A model generated the notes under the pieces. The model saw nothing but the letters and a program-made list of their open reading frames with translations. It was not told the origin of the DNA and did not search any database. Both the position numbers and the translations under genes were made by a program. A DNA stretch of 64,000 bases. It comes from Lepidodermella squamata. Its lineage: Eukaryota; Animalia; Gastrotricha. Location of the stretch: positions 2,976,001 through 3,040,000 of the forward strand of contig JBLDXI010000015.1 in assembly GCA_047495785.1 (NCBI GenBank), read 5' to 3'. Below are positions 1 to 13,471 of this stretch, one piece after another. Every line of letters starts with the position of its first letter. Positions within the stretch are counted from its first letter, which is position 1.

Positions 1-2222
1 TCGACGCAGCTGTAGTCGGCGGAAGAGTAGTGGCGGCAGTTGTTGTAGTGGTGACTGGATCGACAAATTCAGTTTGATCAGCAGCTGTAATTATATGAAA
101 AATAGTCATCATATCTCAAACATTAGTTATAAGTAAACTCACTGCAAACTGGCATTGAAACTCCAGAGCAGCTTTCAAACCCAGTGCTTGTGATTACACA
201 GCCTATGAATATACGATTTTTAGTGGGAATGTGTAACGCAAGTTACAGGAAGTTACTATTCGGAATATCAGCAACACTTCGGGTCGTTTCACAGGTCGCA
301 TAAACGTTCAACAAGAAACCATTCCGCCGCCCAGCTCCGCCTCTTTCAGCCTTCGTTGTGCTGGAGAATCTGACCACAACTTCGCCATTGTCCACTTTAA
401 CAACACGTCCTCGGTTCTCACCGCATGCGCAGAAGCTATAACATAATCAAGGCCATGAAACATCTTCACAAAAATCGAGAGCCGCTTACAATCGTCCAGG
501 AGATGCGATGCCGCTCATGTTGGTTTTAATCTCAACATAATCGTAGCATGTATCGGCTGAACTGCAGGGCATGTCTGGCTTGTCCTGGAAGGCGAAGGCT
601 AGACCGTTTGCGTTAGTCTGTGAGCACACAAAATAATGAACATCGCTCTTTATCACCTAAAATCAAACCTTTATACGCCAAGTACAATGATTCTCCTCCC
701 CATAAGCCTGAGGGTAGGTCGGAAGACTGATTGTCCTAATCGTGCACGGATCCATCCAAACTCGACCACCACATGATGTCATGCCGGAGCCTTGGCCCTG
801 AGGTATGCCACCACAATCAACGCCAGAGGTTCCAGGGGGGCATCTGCAAATCTTGCAGTTTTTCGGGTCTTGGTAGCCTCCGTTCAAACACGGCCGTTCT
901 AACTGCTCAGGCTTACACATTTTCTCAATACATTTATAAGCAAAGTTGACGCGTTTCAAGTCGTTGAATTGGAGACGTGCGCGTTGTCCGATTGCAGTCA
1001 AATGGTGGATGTCCACAGGCATCATTACTCGCTTTTTCAAGGTTGTGTTGATGCTGAAGCCGAGGGAGTCGTAGTGCATTAGGGAGGATACGTCATAACC
1101 AGTGTTGGCATAGTCTTCATCTTCCTCGGGAGGATTCATCGCGAAGTTGTGCTCCTTTCCTTCAAGAATGTTCTCCCAAATAATCTTTACACTGAGAAAA
1201 CACAAGTCAGCTAAATTAGAAGCAAATTGAGGTTTTCTCACTAGTCATCACGATCAGGTCGGCTGAACTCATGCCAACTGTTCAAAAAATACGATTTAAT
1301 ATAGTATTAGTGAAGTTGCTATGTACTTACAGTCCAAGAGCATGGCCTATTTCATGGGCAATAGTACCGGGCTGAAATCGAACGTGTTTAGCAAGGTTAG
1401 ATGCGGCTAAGTTCAAATTACATGAATGCATCCAGTGGCTAAAGAGAGATCTTGGCCGTCTGGCTTGATGATGCCGATATAGGACCAACACCTAATGATA
1501 GTCACCGAATGAAACTGTCAAACTGTCAACTGTCTTCAAATTCAAATTCCTTACCCTGAACCTCGGAAAATTTTAATATGAGGAGTAGCTCCAATCGCTG
1601 CTGAATTCGGATATTCCTCAAAGCTAACGCAAGAATTGTTCGACCACATTTCCATGGCTTCTCTCACAACGACTTTCTCTTCTTCGGCTAGGTAAAAGAA
1701 AAACACAATTCAATGCATGTGATTTTCGAGTCTTCACTACGAACTGTGATCCGCTGGTTCGAATGTGTACTTCATCGGAAACTTCCAATAGTTGTCGGTA
1801 ACGTTGGGGTAGATTCGATCCCTGAAGAAATTAATGAAGCAACTTCCACTAAAAACGCCTTTCAAAGCTCATACTTGACAGGGTATCCCCAGCGCCTCTT
1901 CATTCCGTTCAAAACCCGCATGGCTTGTTCAGGCGTGTATCGGATATCATCTAAAAGATCAGCTTTTTCGAGATCTTCAGCTGATGCTTCTGGGCGGTTC
2001 CTTAGCTTCTGTGGCCTCACTTTGTAATGATCGAACAATAATTCTCGAATCTGGCCGAGAATTTCCGTTACTTCCGGATCGTTGTCATTTGCGCCGCATT
2101 CCACAAATACAGCCTGTCAACATGAAATTGCTCAGTGATTTATCACAATTTTGAATTTTCAAAGTTACATATGCTGCGATAACGACGAACGTTCCAAAAA
2201 AAACTGTGCTCCTCAGCTTCAT
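1..2222 (-). CDS. Astacin-family zinc metalloprotease (signal-pro-astacin-EGF-CUB-Thr-rich), multi-exon, 3' end runs off the window start
   Basis: ATG at 2222 gives signal peptide MKLRSTVFFGTFVVIAAY. Spliced exons give HEIGHALGLWHEFSRPDRDD (astacin HExxHxxGxxHExxRxDR), the Met-turn SLMHY, EGF-like CLNGGYQDPKNCKICRCPPG, a CUB domain and a Thr-rich tail at 1-87. Introns are GT-AG. Confidence 0.93.
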
Positions 2223-3108
2223 ACTTGAAGTAAATTTGTCGACGAAATCTTCCTGTCAGAATTAAGAGATAGCTTCCTTAATGAATTAAACCTCGCAACG
2301 CCGGTAGCGGCTTATCTGATCTCAAAAAACGGCCGTGCACTCATGTGGGCATTGACATGATCAAAAAGCGGAAGATTCACAAGATTGTCTGAACTACAAA
2401 CGGCGCCCTCTCGTTGTGCAAATATACTTATGCCATTATTAAGGCGCGTTATCTTTGACCTTCTTAACAGGAAGAGCTTCCGTCTAATTTTAAGCGTGAA
2501 TTATTATCCGCATTTCATGACGAACCGCGGCCATTAGAAAAAAGATAGTGAGCTTCGCCCAAGCTCAAGACTTCAGACAAAGTAAAAATGTGGAAGCTGA
2601 AGAAGAATGAATCCGTTTTCAAACATACGAAATGTTGGTACAGCCAAGATCGAAACATAAATTGAGGGAACCATTTTTGAGATCGGCAGCGAGGCTGCTT
2701 ATTAAATAAATGAGCTACAACAACAGTGCTATCGCACGGGGGAACCTAAACAGCTTTTGAGATCTTCGATCCTTTACTCGGCCCACGTTGGACGTTGGCA
2801 GCCACTGTTACCTAAAATTCTTTGAATGAAACTCGAATATCGTCACTCAAATCGAGTGTTACGGACCCAGGACCCAGCTGACGATCTTCATCCTTTTCTC
2901 GGCTGTGAGAGCTATAAGTTTAATAATTCCTTATTTCTTTTTCTTATCGCTGTCACTGCGATACTTGTGTTAAACATCATGTCCGCTTTATTTGTATCAT
3001 CTTAAAAATCATAATTTTTTATCACGTAATACAGACAGGTGATTGATAGAAAAACACAACTAGCTCGATGAATGGATGGAAATTCACGGCTCCGAGGATA
3101 TCAGACAA

Positions 3109-5134
3109 CTATGGAGCCTTTGTTGTAGCCGGTTTTTCTTGGGGTTCGACTAGATCCAAAATTTCCGCATCTGGAAAAAAGTAACAAGCTTAACACATAG
3201 ATTGATGAGTTATGATGCGAATTACCGCATAGAGGTATTGAAACGCCGCTGCAGCTTTCGTAGCCGGAGTTAGTGATGGTGCAGCCTTGAAATTAAGTAA
3301 TCAGACTTATTCCTACTTCTTGACGAAGTTAAAGCTGGTTCTTACTGTTAGGTAACTCAGATGCAAGAGTATCGTTGCACGTCGAGTAGACATTTAGCAG
3401 GAACCCGTTATTTTTATACGCCCCGCTGCGCTCGATTAAGGTTGTGCTGGCCCAGCGAACCAAAGCTTCGTTGCCATCAATCGTAACAACGCGACCCTTA
3501 TTCTCGCCGCAAGAGCAGAAGCTGAAAAGCATTAATTTATTGATTAATCTCGAATATAAAATTTGCCAACTTACAATCGACCGGGTCTGTCTAGCTTGTT
3601 CATGTCGGAACGGATCTCCACGAAATCATAGCAGGTATCATCCTTGCTGCAAGCCATGTCCGGCTTAGTTTCGAATGCAAACGCCAAGCCCTTAGACGCA
3701 GTTTGAATACGCCAAATGCAGCTCGAGTCCTCACCGTACGGGTTTGGATACGTTGGAATAGTTAGCGTTCGAATTTCGCATGATTCCATCCAAACGTGAC
3801 CTCCGCAATTTTGCATGCCGTCTCCCTGGCCCGGTGGAACCATCGAACAGTCGTCGCCGTACGTCCCGGGTGGGCAGCGACAAACAGCGCAGTTTTTCGG
3901 ATCTTGGTAACCCCCATTTTGGCATGTTGCAGTCAGCTGGGCTGAATTGCAGCTCGATTCTGGAAACGGTGGTTTCTAAGATCTTAATAAGAGCAAATCT
4001 TGACTAATTACCTAAACACTGATAGGCGTAGTTTATTCTTTTGATGTCGGTAAATTGAAGACGAGCTCTTTGACCTATTGCAGTCATGTGATGAATGTCA
4101 TGCGGCATGATTGTTCGCTTCTTATTAGCAGAGTCAATGGTGAAACCGGTTGAGCTGTAATGCATAACTGAGGTGACATCATAGCCAGTATTCGCCGGGT
4201 CGTAATCCTCCTTAATCATGAAGTTGTGCTCCTTGCCCTCAATTATGTTCTCCCATAGGATTGTGACGTAGTCATCGCGATCTGGCCTCGAAAATTCGTG
4301 GGAAATGCCCATGGCGTGAGCGATTTCATGAGCGACTGTAGCTACCTTAACATTTGAAAAAAAACTTCAAACTTGCGACGTGAAGCAATCCTTCAGCGTA
4401 CCCTTTCGCATCCAGTTCCGATGGACAGCTCCTGGCGATCGGGATAGATGTTTCCGACGTATGACCAGCATCCAGAGCCTTGGATAATGTACAAATGACG
4501 CTGTCCTTCCAACTCGGTGGCGTTTTCGTACTCAATGAACTGCAGACAGCTGTTATCCATCCAAAGCTTGAAGCCTTGGCGGATTATATTCTTCTGATCC
4601 TCGTCTGAAAAAATAGTATTGTAAGTCTATCGATGCACTGTGAGTCAAAATTACTGTGATCGCCTTTGAAGGCCCATTTGATGGGCAGCTGCCACAGAAG
4701 AGACTGGTTGACAATGATTTTCTCCTCGCTATCATTTTTCAGCTGAATCTATGCGTTTGCTAGTGACTTCAAAACATACCGAACTGTTACCGGGTAACCC
4801 CATCGCCGTTGCATGTCGGCTAGAATCTGCTTTGCCTGGTCTACAGTGTAGCGAATGTCATCAAGTAAATCCGCAGCAGCAATATCTTCTTCGGATGGCT
4901 GAATACGATTAATCGATGGTTTCACTTTGTAGTGAGTTTTTAGAAGCTCCCGAATCTCTGAAAGAACAGCTTCAACTTCCGGCTGGTCTGCGTTGGCGCC
5001 TCCATTTCTCCTAATGGCTGCAGCCTTTTGAAAACCACTAATAGTCACTCAAGCTCAGAATGAAGCAGAAATTTTACCTGGATAGCAATGCCCAAAAAGG
5101 CGATGACGACGAAAGTCGACGCAAGAATCTTCAT
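3109..5134 (-). CDS. Astacin-family zinc metalloprotease paralog (astacin-EGF-CUB), complete
   Basis: ATG at 5134 (MKILASTFVVIAFLGIAIQ), HEIAHAMGISHEFSRPDRDDY, SVMHY Met-turn, EGF and CUB domains. Last exon reads DAEILDLVEPQEKPATTKAP* with TAG at 3109-3111. Clear tandem paralog of the first gene. Confidence 0.93.
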
Positions 5135-5963
5135 CTTTCTGTTCAAGCTAAATTGCCCTCTTTGATTCACAAATCCGGCATTATTCTTATCTTCCGTCCC
5201 GTCAAATTAGCGCGGGTTATCTTGACCTTGAATTTTATCCGACCGCTACCGGGTAGCATTGAGTGCAGGCTATTTTGGCAAGGCAAGACAGAAGGCTTGT
5301 TTACTCAAGAAATTTACGCTGGAAATTTTTTACAACGTGCACCGGTGCAGTGTGATAACTCATTTAGCCACACCCCAACAAACCCGTTAGCATGCTCACA
5401 CGTGCTATGCGCATTGAAAAAACGGGAGATTTTTCAACGATGTCTGTAACCAGGTTCAATTTGTTATGCTCCAAGACCAATCGCCTGGGTGATCCTATTA
5501 TTTTGTTCCAGATTTTGCGGAACATGGTCGCGGTGAATTAAGCCGCGTTTGCGCGTCATTTCGCTCCAACGCGTCACTCGGGCTCTACAACGTGATGCAG
5601 TCATTTGAGGATTTCTCTTCTTCTAACGCAGCTATTTAACAGCTAGCCACCAAGAAAAACACATCTTTTGTCATGTGTTAACAAAAAAAGGATAATAAAT
5701 AAAAATATTTATAAACGCGTGATAAATAATTTGTTATATGCAGACCAGTAAAAACGCGCTCACTGACCTTGTCGTCACGTTTTTTTACGACTTCTCATAT
5801 TCATCTGGCTAATGCGCATGCTACCTATACTGCGTAAAAAACTAAAGCTCGCTGGCCCGTGTCAGCATTAATGACACCAGGCAGTAGATTCTACTGCCGT
5901 GCACTTTCGACGTGTTATTACGCCTCGTTCTTTCCTCGCGGTAGCGCACTTTTTACTTCTGAA

Positions 5964-7497
5964 ATGTGGAAATGTGTTTTGGCTCTTGTGGCGGCAACAA
6001 CTGTTGTCTGTGTGACAGCGGCAGGAAGTCAGGACCAGTACCGACCGAAAGCTGCAGGCTTTACCTGCAGTGACAAGGCGGCCAATGAGCGCTTGCATGC
6101 GCTCAATGCGACCTATTCTTCCAGCAGACGCTCCAGTAATGGTCAAGATACACCACTCCATATTGCTGCTATCAGCGGGGATGTGACCTTGGCATCTTGC
6201 CTCGTCACCTTAGGCGCAGATGTAAATGCCAAGGGCCAATATGGTAAAACACCACTGCACGCAGCTGTAAGTCTTGTCTTGATTTTCGATTGCTTTTGGC
6301 TGCTAGAAAAGATAGCCTAGTTGAGGGTGGACAATTACATACCAAATCTCGCGAAAACACGATATACCTAACTTACACTCATAAATTGTCTCGATTTTCA
6401 TTGTTTTACTTCGCAATGCATTGTCACTCTTCATCTTTATTCATTAAAATTAGGCCACGGCGGGAAATCTTGATGTTGTGAAGATGCTCATAAACCGCGG
6501 CGCCAACGTTGATACCATTGACGATGTAGCCGGCGACACACCGCTTCACTGTTGCGTGACCATCGGGCACACACGCATTGTTCAAACCCTGCTAGAAAAC
6601 GGCGCCGATGCTAATAAGATCAACCGAAAACGCAACACGCCTCTTCATCGAGCTGCTGCAGCTGACCAACCAGCTATCGCGAAGATCCTTATCGACGAGG
6701 GGGCTGCAATTGACACCCGCGGCTACCTAGGACGTACACCACTTCACGACGCTGCTACTTCTGGTTCTGCTGGTGTAACAGAGCTTCTCCTTAATCACAC
6801 AGCTAACACCGAGGCTAGAGATGACTACACTCAGGTGAAACCTTAAAATACCCAATCTTTTCGATTTTTTTAATCAAGTTTCTCATTAGATCACACCACT
6901 TCACGTGGCGGCGACCTTCGGACATGTTAATGTTATCGCATTGATGCTGCGATTCAACGCCAATATCAACGTTGGCAATCGTTACGGAGACACTCCTCTT
7001 CACAAGAGGTTTAAATTGTTTTGTAGAGATACGCCCTAATGCTTTGTTTTTATTCTAGCGCCGAATACGGCAAGCCGAATGTCACTCGCTTCTTACTGAG
7101 CAAGGGAGCTCGTGTTGACCCTGTCGGCCGTGCGAATCGCACACCTCTTCTTACAGCATGTGCGTTCGGCAACGACGATGTGGCTGAAATCCTCCTTAAC
7201 AACGGTGCAGACATCTACGCTCGTGATAACGAGGACGCGACTACTTTAATTTTGGCTGCTCACTACGGCCGTGGCCCTGTCATCAAGCTGTTGCTGAGCC
7301 GAGATCCTAGCGGCGAGCTTATCCGATCGAAGAACCGCCGTGGAAAAACGGCGGCTCAAGACGCGTTGTCTAACGGCCAGGATAAAGTCGCGAGATATTT
7401 GAACGCGTACCCGCGCGGTAACGAGGCTGATTTGGAACCGGTAGTAGAAAGCGATGCCGAGTTGCTCGCTTTAATGACGCCTCAGGATACAGACTGA
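5964..7497 (+). CDS. Ankyrin-repeat protein (~10 repeats) with predicted N-terminal signal peptide, 4 exons
   Basis: Exons ~5964-6266, 6454-6834, 6890-7008 and 7059-7497 splice in frame. Repeated G-x-TPLH-x-AA-x-x-G motifs; hydrophobic N-terminus MWKCVLALVAATTVVCVTAA. Confidence 0.88.
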
Positions 7498-7922
7498 AGT
7501 CAGCGTTCAAATACCGGCAAGGATTTGACTTTTCATTAGTTTATTTGATAACAAAGCAACACAATTTTTCACGGCGAGGTGTCATTAAAACAAGCAAAGT
7601 TGATGAGTTCACATCGAGTTCGGGTCATATCACGTGAAAATACTTCAGGGCATGTCGCTATATCGCGGTAGAATAGGAACAAAAGACATATTGTTGTTGC
7701 GTGACATCTGTTTCGCAAATGACTTTGGCGTACGTCCAAAACGTCAGTTTTACGTCACTTGTTTCTATCTCGGGCTCATCATTCTGGCTCGAAGCCCGCG
7801 TTATTCCATGCCTGACGTTATCTTGAGAACAAGAACATAACAACAACAAAATGTTCCATTAGCTGTTTTTGTCCATTTAAAACGCTTCGCTTCTAATTGT
7901 TAGAAGCTGCAGTTGAGACATT

Positions 7923-9171
7923 TCATTTTGATATCAAGTTCGAAAACTCTGACCGCCGCTCTTCCGAACTGGCAGTTGGAGTTCGTGCTGTAGCGGCGAA
8001 GACGGTAATACTGCATGCGTACTGCTGCAGACATTGTCGAAATGCACCTGTCAGCACGGAGATGGCGCACATCGCAATAGCAGTTATGGTGAAAAGGACG
8101 CAGATTAGTACGCCTGATCCAGGCGGAAACTTTAGCGCAGAGGTTATGCCAAAAATGAAGATAACACACTGCATACCTAGCAAACATGCTAGCCAATACG
8201 ACCCGTCGTCAGTCACTGAGCAGGTTGTCCAAACCACTCTTGAAACCTGATCATTGCCAACATCAATACTCTCGGAAGAAATTATAGTAGGCGAAGGTTG
8301 AAGAGCGATTGAGTACCAGAGTATCAATGTAATGCTAATGATGACAAAAGCAGGTGAAATTTCCCAAAAAATCGGCTTAACTTTAAAGCCAGAATGAATG
8401 ATAGTCTCTTTCGGAATGATAGAATGAATGATAGAATTCCACGCCCATCAGAGCTCCGAAAACCCAGTTGGTAATAATTAATCCTTTTGGAATTTTCACA
8501 ACGATCACCTTGGTAGTTATGCGATCCTTCGGTGCCCAATTACCTTGAGTATCCCATTTTGGTGCCAGTTTGAGGGTGAATGTATCTGCAACTTTAGTAG
8601 CATCCGGATTATCATACAGCCAAACAGTCTTCCTGACTCCGTTTTGAACCTGGTCGATGATTGTTTGGTGTGTAAGGATCCGTTGATGAGTTGGGGAGGA
8701 AAGCGGTTCGACCATAAAGCCCTTGAATATTGATACCGACCGTGTGTTTTCTAAGCAATTCTGCTAGGTCCTTTCAGCGTCGTTCTGAAATCGCTATTGC
8801 GCTAGGCAACGTTTAATTAGCTTTATTCAGCTCTATTTCGACGTTATGCAGAATATGAGCAGCATCGATCATCAGCTACGTCGAATACCAGATTATAGCC
8901 TGGTAAACATCTTCGCGCCCAGTCGGGAGAGTCCAGGTCTATTCCAGGCCTGGACGAAATACCTGTAAAAGGCCCATTTCAGGCCTACGTTTTTACGACC
9001 GCTTATCGTATCAAGCGCAAGCTGTGCACTCTCTGTTGCAAATGCTCCCATCGGGTTGACAGCTCCACCTAGAGGCAGCATAATCGGCACTACTATTGTG
9101 TTGGGTTTTTTCATTGTGCTATGTGCCAAATTACTGGGAATGAGCAGTAGCAAAACTCCCAAACTCCACAT
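7923..9171 (-). pseudogene. Degenerate GABA-B-receptor-like class C GPCR pseudogene with internal deletions
   Basis: Signal peptide, then a VFT start (IMLPLGG...AQLALDTISGRKNV / LPGYNLVFDVADDRC), a VFT end (INIQGLYGRTAF / QTIIDQVQNGVRKTVWLYD...KW...APKDRIT) with TM1, then a TM4-5-like stretch (ILWY...CS...WLACLLGMQCVIFIFG). The pieces are separated by frameshifts and stops. Confidence 0.68.
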
Positions 9172-12100
9172 TATCCGCCAGCACGAGAATTTTTAAATCT
9201 GTGCGTTAAATTGTGTAGTAAGGGCTATCGTCGCTGTTCTCAGGTTTCATGTTACCCATGTCTGGACGGATCTCGACTCAAGTGAGAAGTGCTCGTTTTC
9301 ATGCGATAGGGTTCGCACAAAATATAGCTGAGGATATTATTAACTTCATTTTTACTTATATCATTTAGACTTGTACTTGTGCTTCCAAAATAGCACGGAT
9401 AATTTTCCGTCCCAAGCTAATAAAATCGGGTATATCTGGTGTGCGAAATATACTATGACAATCTAATGACAATCTGTGCGTTGACTGATACTGTGCGTTT
9501 CAAAATTAGGTACATGGTTTCATTGCTACCCCATAAAATGGCATCAGCCTTTCTATATAGCAGCGGGGAGTTTTGCGGCTGTTACTCATTGGAGTCCTTG
9601 AGTCCCACATTACGAAACGTTTCAAAAGAAGACTTTTGGCGATCGCGGGGCTTTAAATGATACGTCGAGTGGCGCAGAGCCCATTAACTGTTGGAAACAA
9701 AAGTCAGGGCTTAGTAAAAGCGAAAACGCCATCTTTTCTTATTATATTTCGTGGTTTCATATGATGTATTTAGAAGCTATTAAAGTGCGGTAACTACAGC
9801 ACGATAAAGCATTTCACTAGGATCAAGTGCAACATAGACGTTTGCATATGATTCACTATACCTCGACGAGACCTGGAAAATGAGCTAACCTAGGTCAAAA
9901 GTCAAAAGAAGTTTCAAACATAAACTTAGCTTGTGCTTGTGCTGACTGCTTACCAATATATTTACTAGTACGGAATATCTGCATTAGATACGCGCCTGTA
10001 AGCGTCGATCCTGGACTTCGGAAGTTTCTTTCAAAACAATCAATATAATATCGCGTTACGCTATGTCTTTGCATTGCATAGCCTTTTATCTTATTCCCAT
10101 CGAGAACAGAAGGACAAGAGAGGAAACTCAGGCTGGAAACTTGAAACATTGATTCAAAGCGGTTTTCTTCAGGCCGGATCATTTCACATAATGCGCGTGT
10201 TATTTAGGCCATAGTGACGCAAAAAGTTGCTTCTCGTGATAAAATCAAACAGAAAACAGCCTGCAGAAAGATGTTTTACAGGCTGAATATTGTTATCCGG
10301 ATCAGAGTGGAAAATTTGTCGTAAAACAGCCCGGAATATTTTCTGCTATCCGGGCTGTTTGAGCCTGAGTCTGATTTAAACTCATGTCACGGCTCGAAAT
10401 GTAGGCAGCATTTACCCCCATTTTTTATTTATTTGAGCTTGGAATTATTCTTGAGTATTATCAGCCTGGCTTCTAAGAGTGAACAGCTGAATTCACGATT
10501 CGAGAGATAGGCTCATAGAGAGCGAAGATGTTTATTGGTAAATGAGGACCTCTGGCGAAAAATGAAGTCATGAGCCATCACACCTTGTGCACAGAATTAT
10601 GACAGTTTTTACTCTGATCATAGTTTATCATAGTTTAGACCTGGTAATCGTGCCATTGCTCCAATACGCACTCATGCATGACATGCACGTGATGGATTGG
10701 AAGTAATGGTTGAATTCACATCGATGCTGACTTCTGGATCCGGATTTTAGGCCGGTTGGCCAAATTTTATCAAAATACCATGCAGCAAATAAAACAATCA
10801 AATTCAAATAAAAACTAAGAAAATATTATCATTCATGTATTTTGGTATGGAAAAATTATTTTATCCTTAAGTCCAAGTTTCATTTCACCTTGGCGAAATT
10901 TCCGATGTCGCGGGGATCATATCGGAAAGAGAGAGTTGTCGACATCTGAATGTCTCGCGTTTCAGGTTCAAAGAAGGGTTATCGACTTACGACTTACGAC
11001 GGTGCCTATTCGGTATTCGGTATTCGGTTGAAGGAGTCATGCCCTTCTCGCCTGTCAGGTGCCCCGCGCTTTGTACAGGTGTTAATGTCCAAGCCTAACG
11101 AAGTGTGTTGGAGAGGCGATGATTAAGGTTATCAAGAGCCATCGGCACGGACGCGCCCGCAGCAGGCGCTAAAGGATGCAGACGTGGCCTGCCGTATCCC
11201 CAACGGTCGGTGGCTCGGGGACGACCGTCAATAATCTACGATCATCCTCCTTTCCTCACGCTGAGAGCGGCGACGAAATTTCCCTTGGGGAGTATAAAGT
11301 CGTAATCATCATCAATCATCGCGATGCCTAGCAGGGCCAAGTTTCACTGATGTCTGATGTCTGATGGGAGAGCCATTTTGCATGTTTTATATTTAGATGG
11401 GCTACATAGTGGGCGATCGGATCGTTACTGTCGCTCTAGTTAACCAATGTGGGTGCACGGATGACAGGTAGGTGGAAGCGGGAAGCTAGAGGCTCTCGGA
11501 AAAAGTGACGATAACGATCTTGAGTTAGAGCTGCATGGTTGGCTGTGGTCGACTATTAGTTACTATTAGTTAACTAGTTAACTGCCTTTCAAGCTATTCG
11601 CATAATAAATCTCATTGTAAAGTACTATTCAACCATCAGTTGGGCTTCAATCATAGCCATCATTCTTTTGGTTTTTATTCTTGATGGATTTTATTCTTGA
11701 CAGTTATATTCAATGTGCCGTGAGTCGATACACATAGTTTTGGATTTTGGGCGCTAATCTCGTGAAATAGCACGCTTTGTGGTAAAACAGCTTCCAGTGA
11801 AACCCACTCCTTCTACCAATTGAGGTTTGAAAGATGGTATGACATCTATAAGTCGAGAATTAGCCTTCCTGATGAATTCTGTCTCAATTTATGTCTCTGC
11901 TTCCTCGTGCACGTAATTTTTCGGTCCTAGCGATCGATTTGTATTCCGGTTCTGTGTGTGCTATTCTGCGGCTGAGATAGATCATTTTCTATAGTGAATT
12001 ACGAGAGATTATTTATGTAAGTGGCAAAAACTTCGTTCTGGGGTTCAAGAATGAGGGTTAAAATGTAAGCAACGAGCGTGGAGTCGGCTGAACTTTCCGG

Positions 12101-12498
12101 CAACAAAGCTCAAACTTCCCGTCTGCCTCTGGGCTGTAAACCAAAATTATCAAATTCGATTGACTTTTTCAGCAACTCGCGTGCTTCAGCCCCACCGTTT
12201 ATTTCTAATACGAATACGGTTGTTAGTTCGACCAATTGATGCCTGATCGAGTGACTTCATTTTTTTGGTTACGTGCAATAAGACTTGTAATTCATCCACT
12301 GCATTCAATGACAGGCAATCTAGCCGTGCACCTTGCATAAGTAGCTATGAATTTACAAACATTACAACACTCTTGAGGCGCAATTGTGCCCTGCTCGCGT
12401 ATCTGATGAATTTTTGCCTAGAGTTTGAGCCATTAGCTCTGTCAATCGCAAAAATTAGCATGATATTTTTTATGTAGTAGCTTATTAAACCTGATATA

Positions 12499-13471
12499 AT
12501 GGGGGCGAATTTGGCAACTATGGCGGCCTCCTCTGCCACAATTCCGAGTATAATACCTGAAGCTAAGACAAACCAATCGCAGGAAAAACCAGCTCAACCC
12601 GCAGCAACACTCATGAATGCAGTTGAAGTTGACGACGAGCCCTGCCCGTGCTCGTGTTCGGCTCCGAAAGATGAAGGATGCCTCGCGCCTCTTGATCCAA
12701 CAAATATGGTTCGTACCGATTTTTGCTCACAAGTTGAAAGTTGATTTCTTTTATTTTAGATGGAGCCACCAAATCAGCGACCTGCCCCAGATCAGCCGTT
12801 CCCTCTATCGACGGAACGTATCATCTCGACCATACCTCGCGCTGGAGTTGACGGTAACGCCAACCCTAACTGGTAGATTTTCATAAATACTAAATGTGAA
12901 TCGAACTGACGATATTTTTTCATAGGGTTTACCCTTCTCCTCAAATGTTCTGGAATGCCATGTTGCGGAAAGGCTGGCGTTGGCAAGAGGCAGGATTGCA
13001 AGTATGTTTTACCGTTCGTTGCTCTTAATAGGGGCTAATATTTTGAAATTTCAGCCTGATGATATGTCCCACATCATCCGCATTCATAATGCTAACAACG
13101 AGTTATGTTGGCGTGAAATTCTAAAGTGGGAAGCTCTCCACGCTAACGAATGCGGAGCGCCAAAACTTGCCCGTTTTACTGGCAAAGCCCAGGACTTGAG
13201 CCCAAGAGCCCGCATGCGCTGCTGGCTGGGTTATGAGGCGCCTTTCGATCGGCATGACTGGGTCGTCGACCGTTGCGGTCAGGAGGTTCGTTACATCATT
13301 GACTTTTATGACGGAGGTGCCGTTGATCAGAGTGGCGTCTTCACGCTGTTGGACGTGCGGCCTGCTCTCGACTCTTTCCAAGCCGTTCGTGATCGCACTA
13401 AGGTCTGTCTGTGGCGCTGGAGATTAGCTGCGGAGGAGAAACTGGCGAGTATTCGATCAAAATCGACGTAA
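12499..13471 (+). CDS. HCCS: Holocytochrome c-type synthase (cytochrome c heme lyase), 4 exons
   Basis: MG N-terminus, CP motif, [80 protein letters not shown]. Confidence 0.96.
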
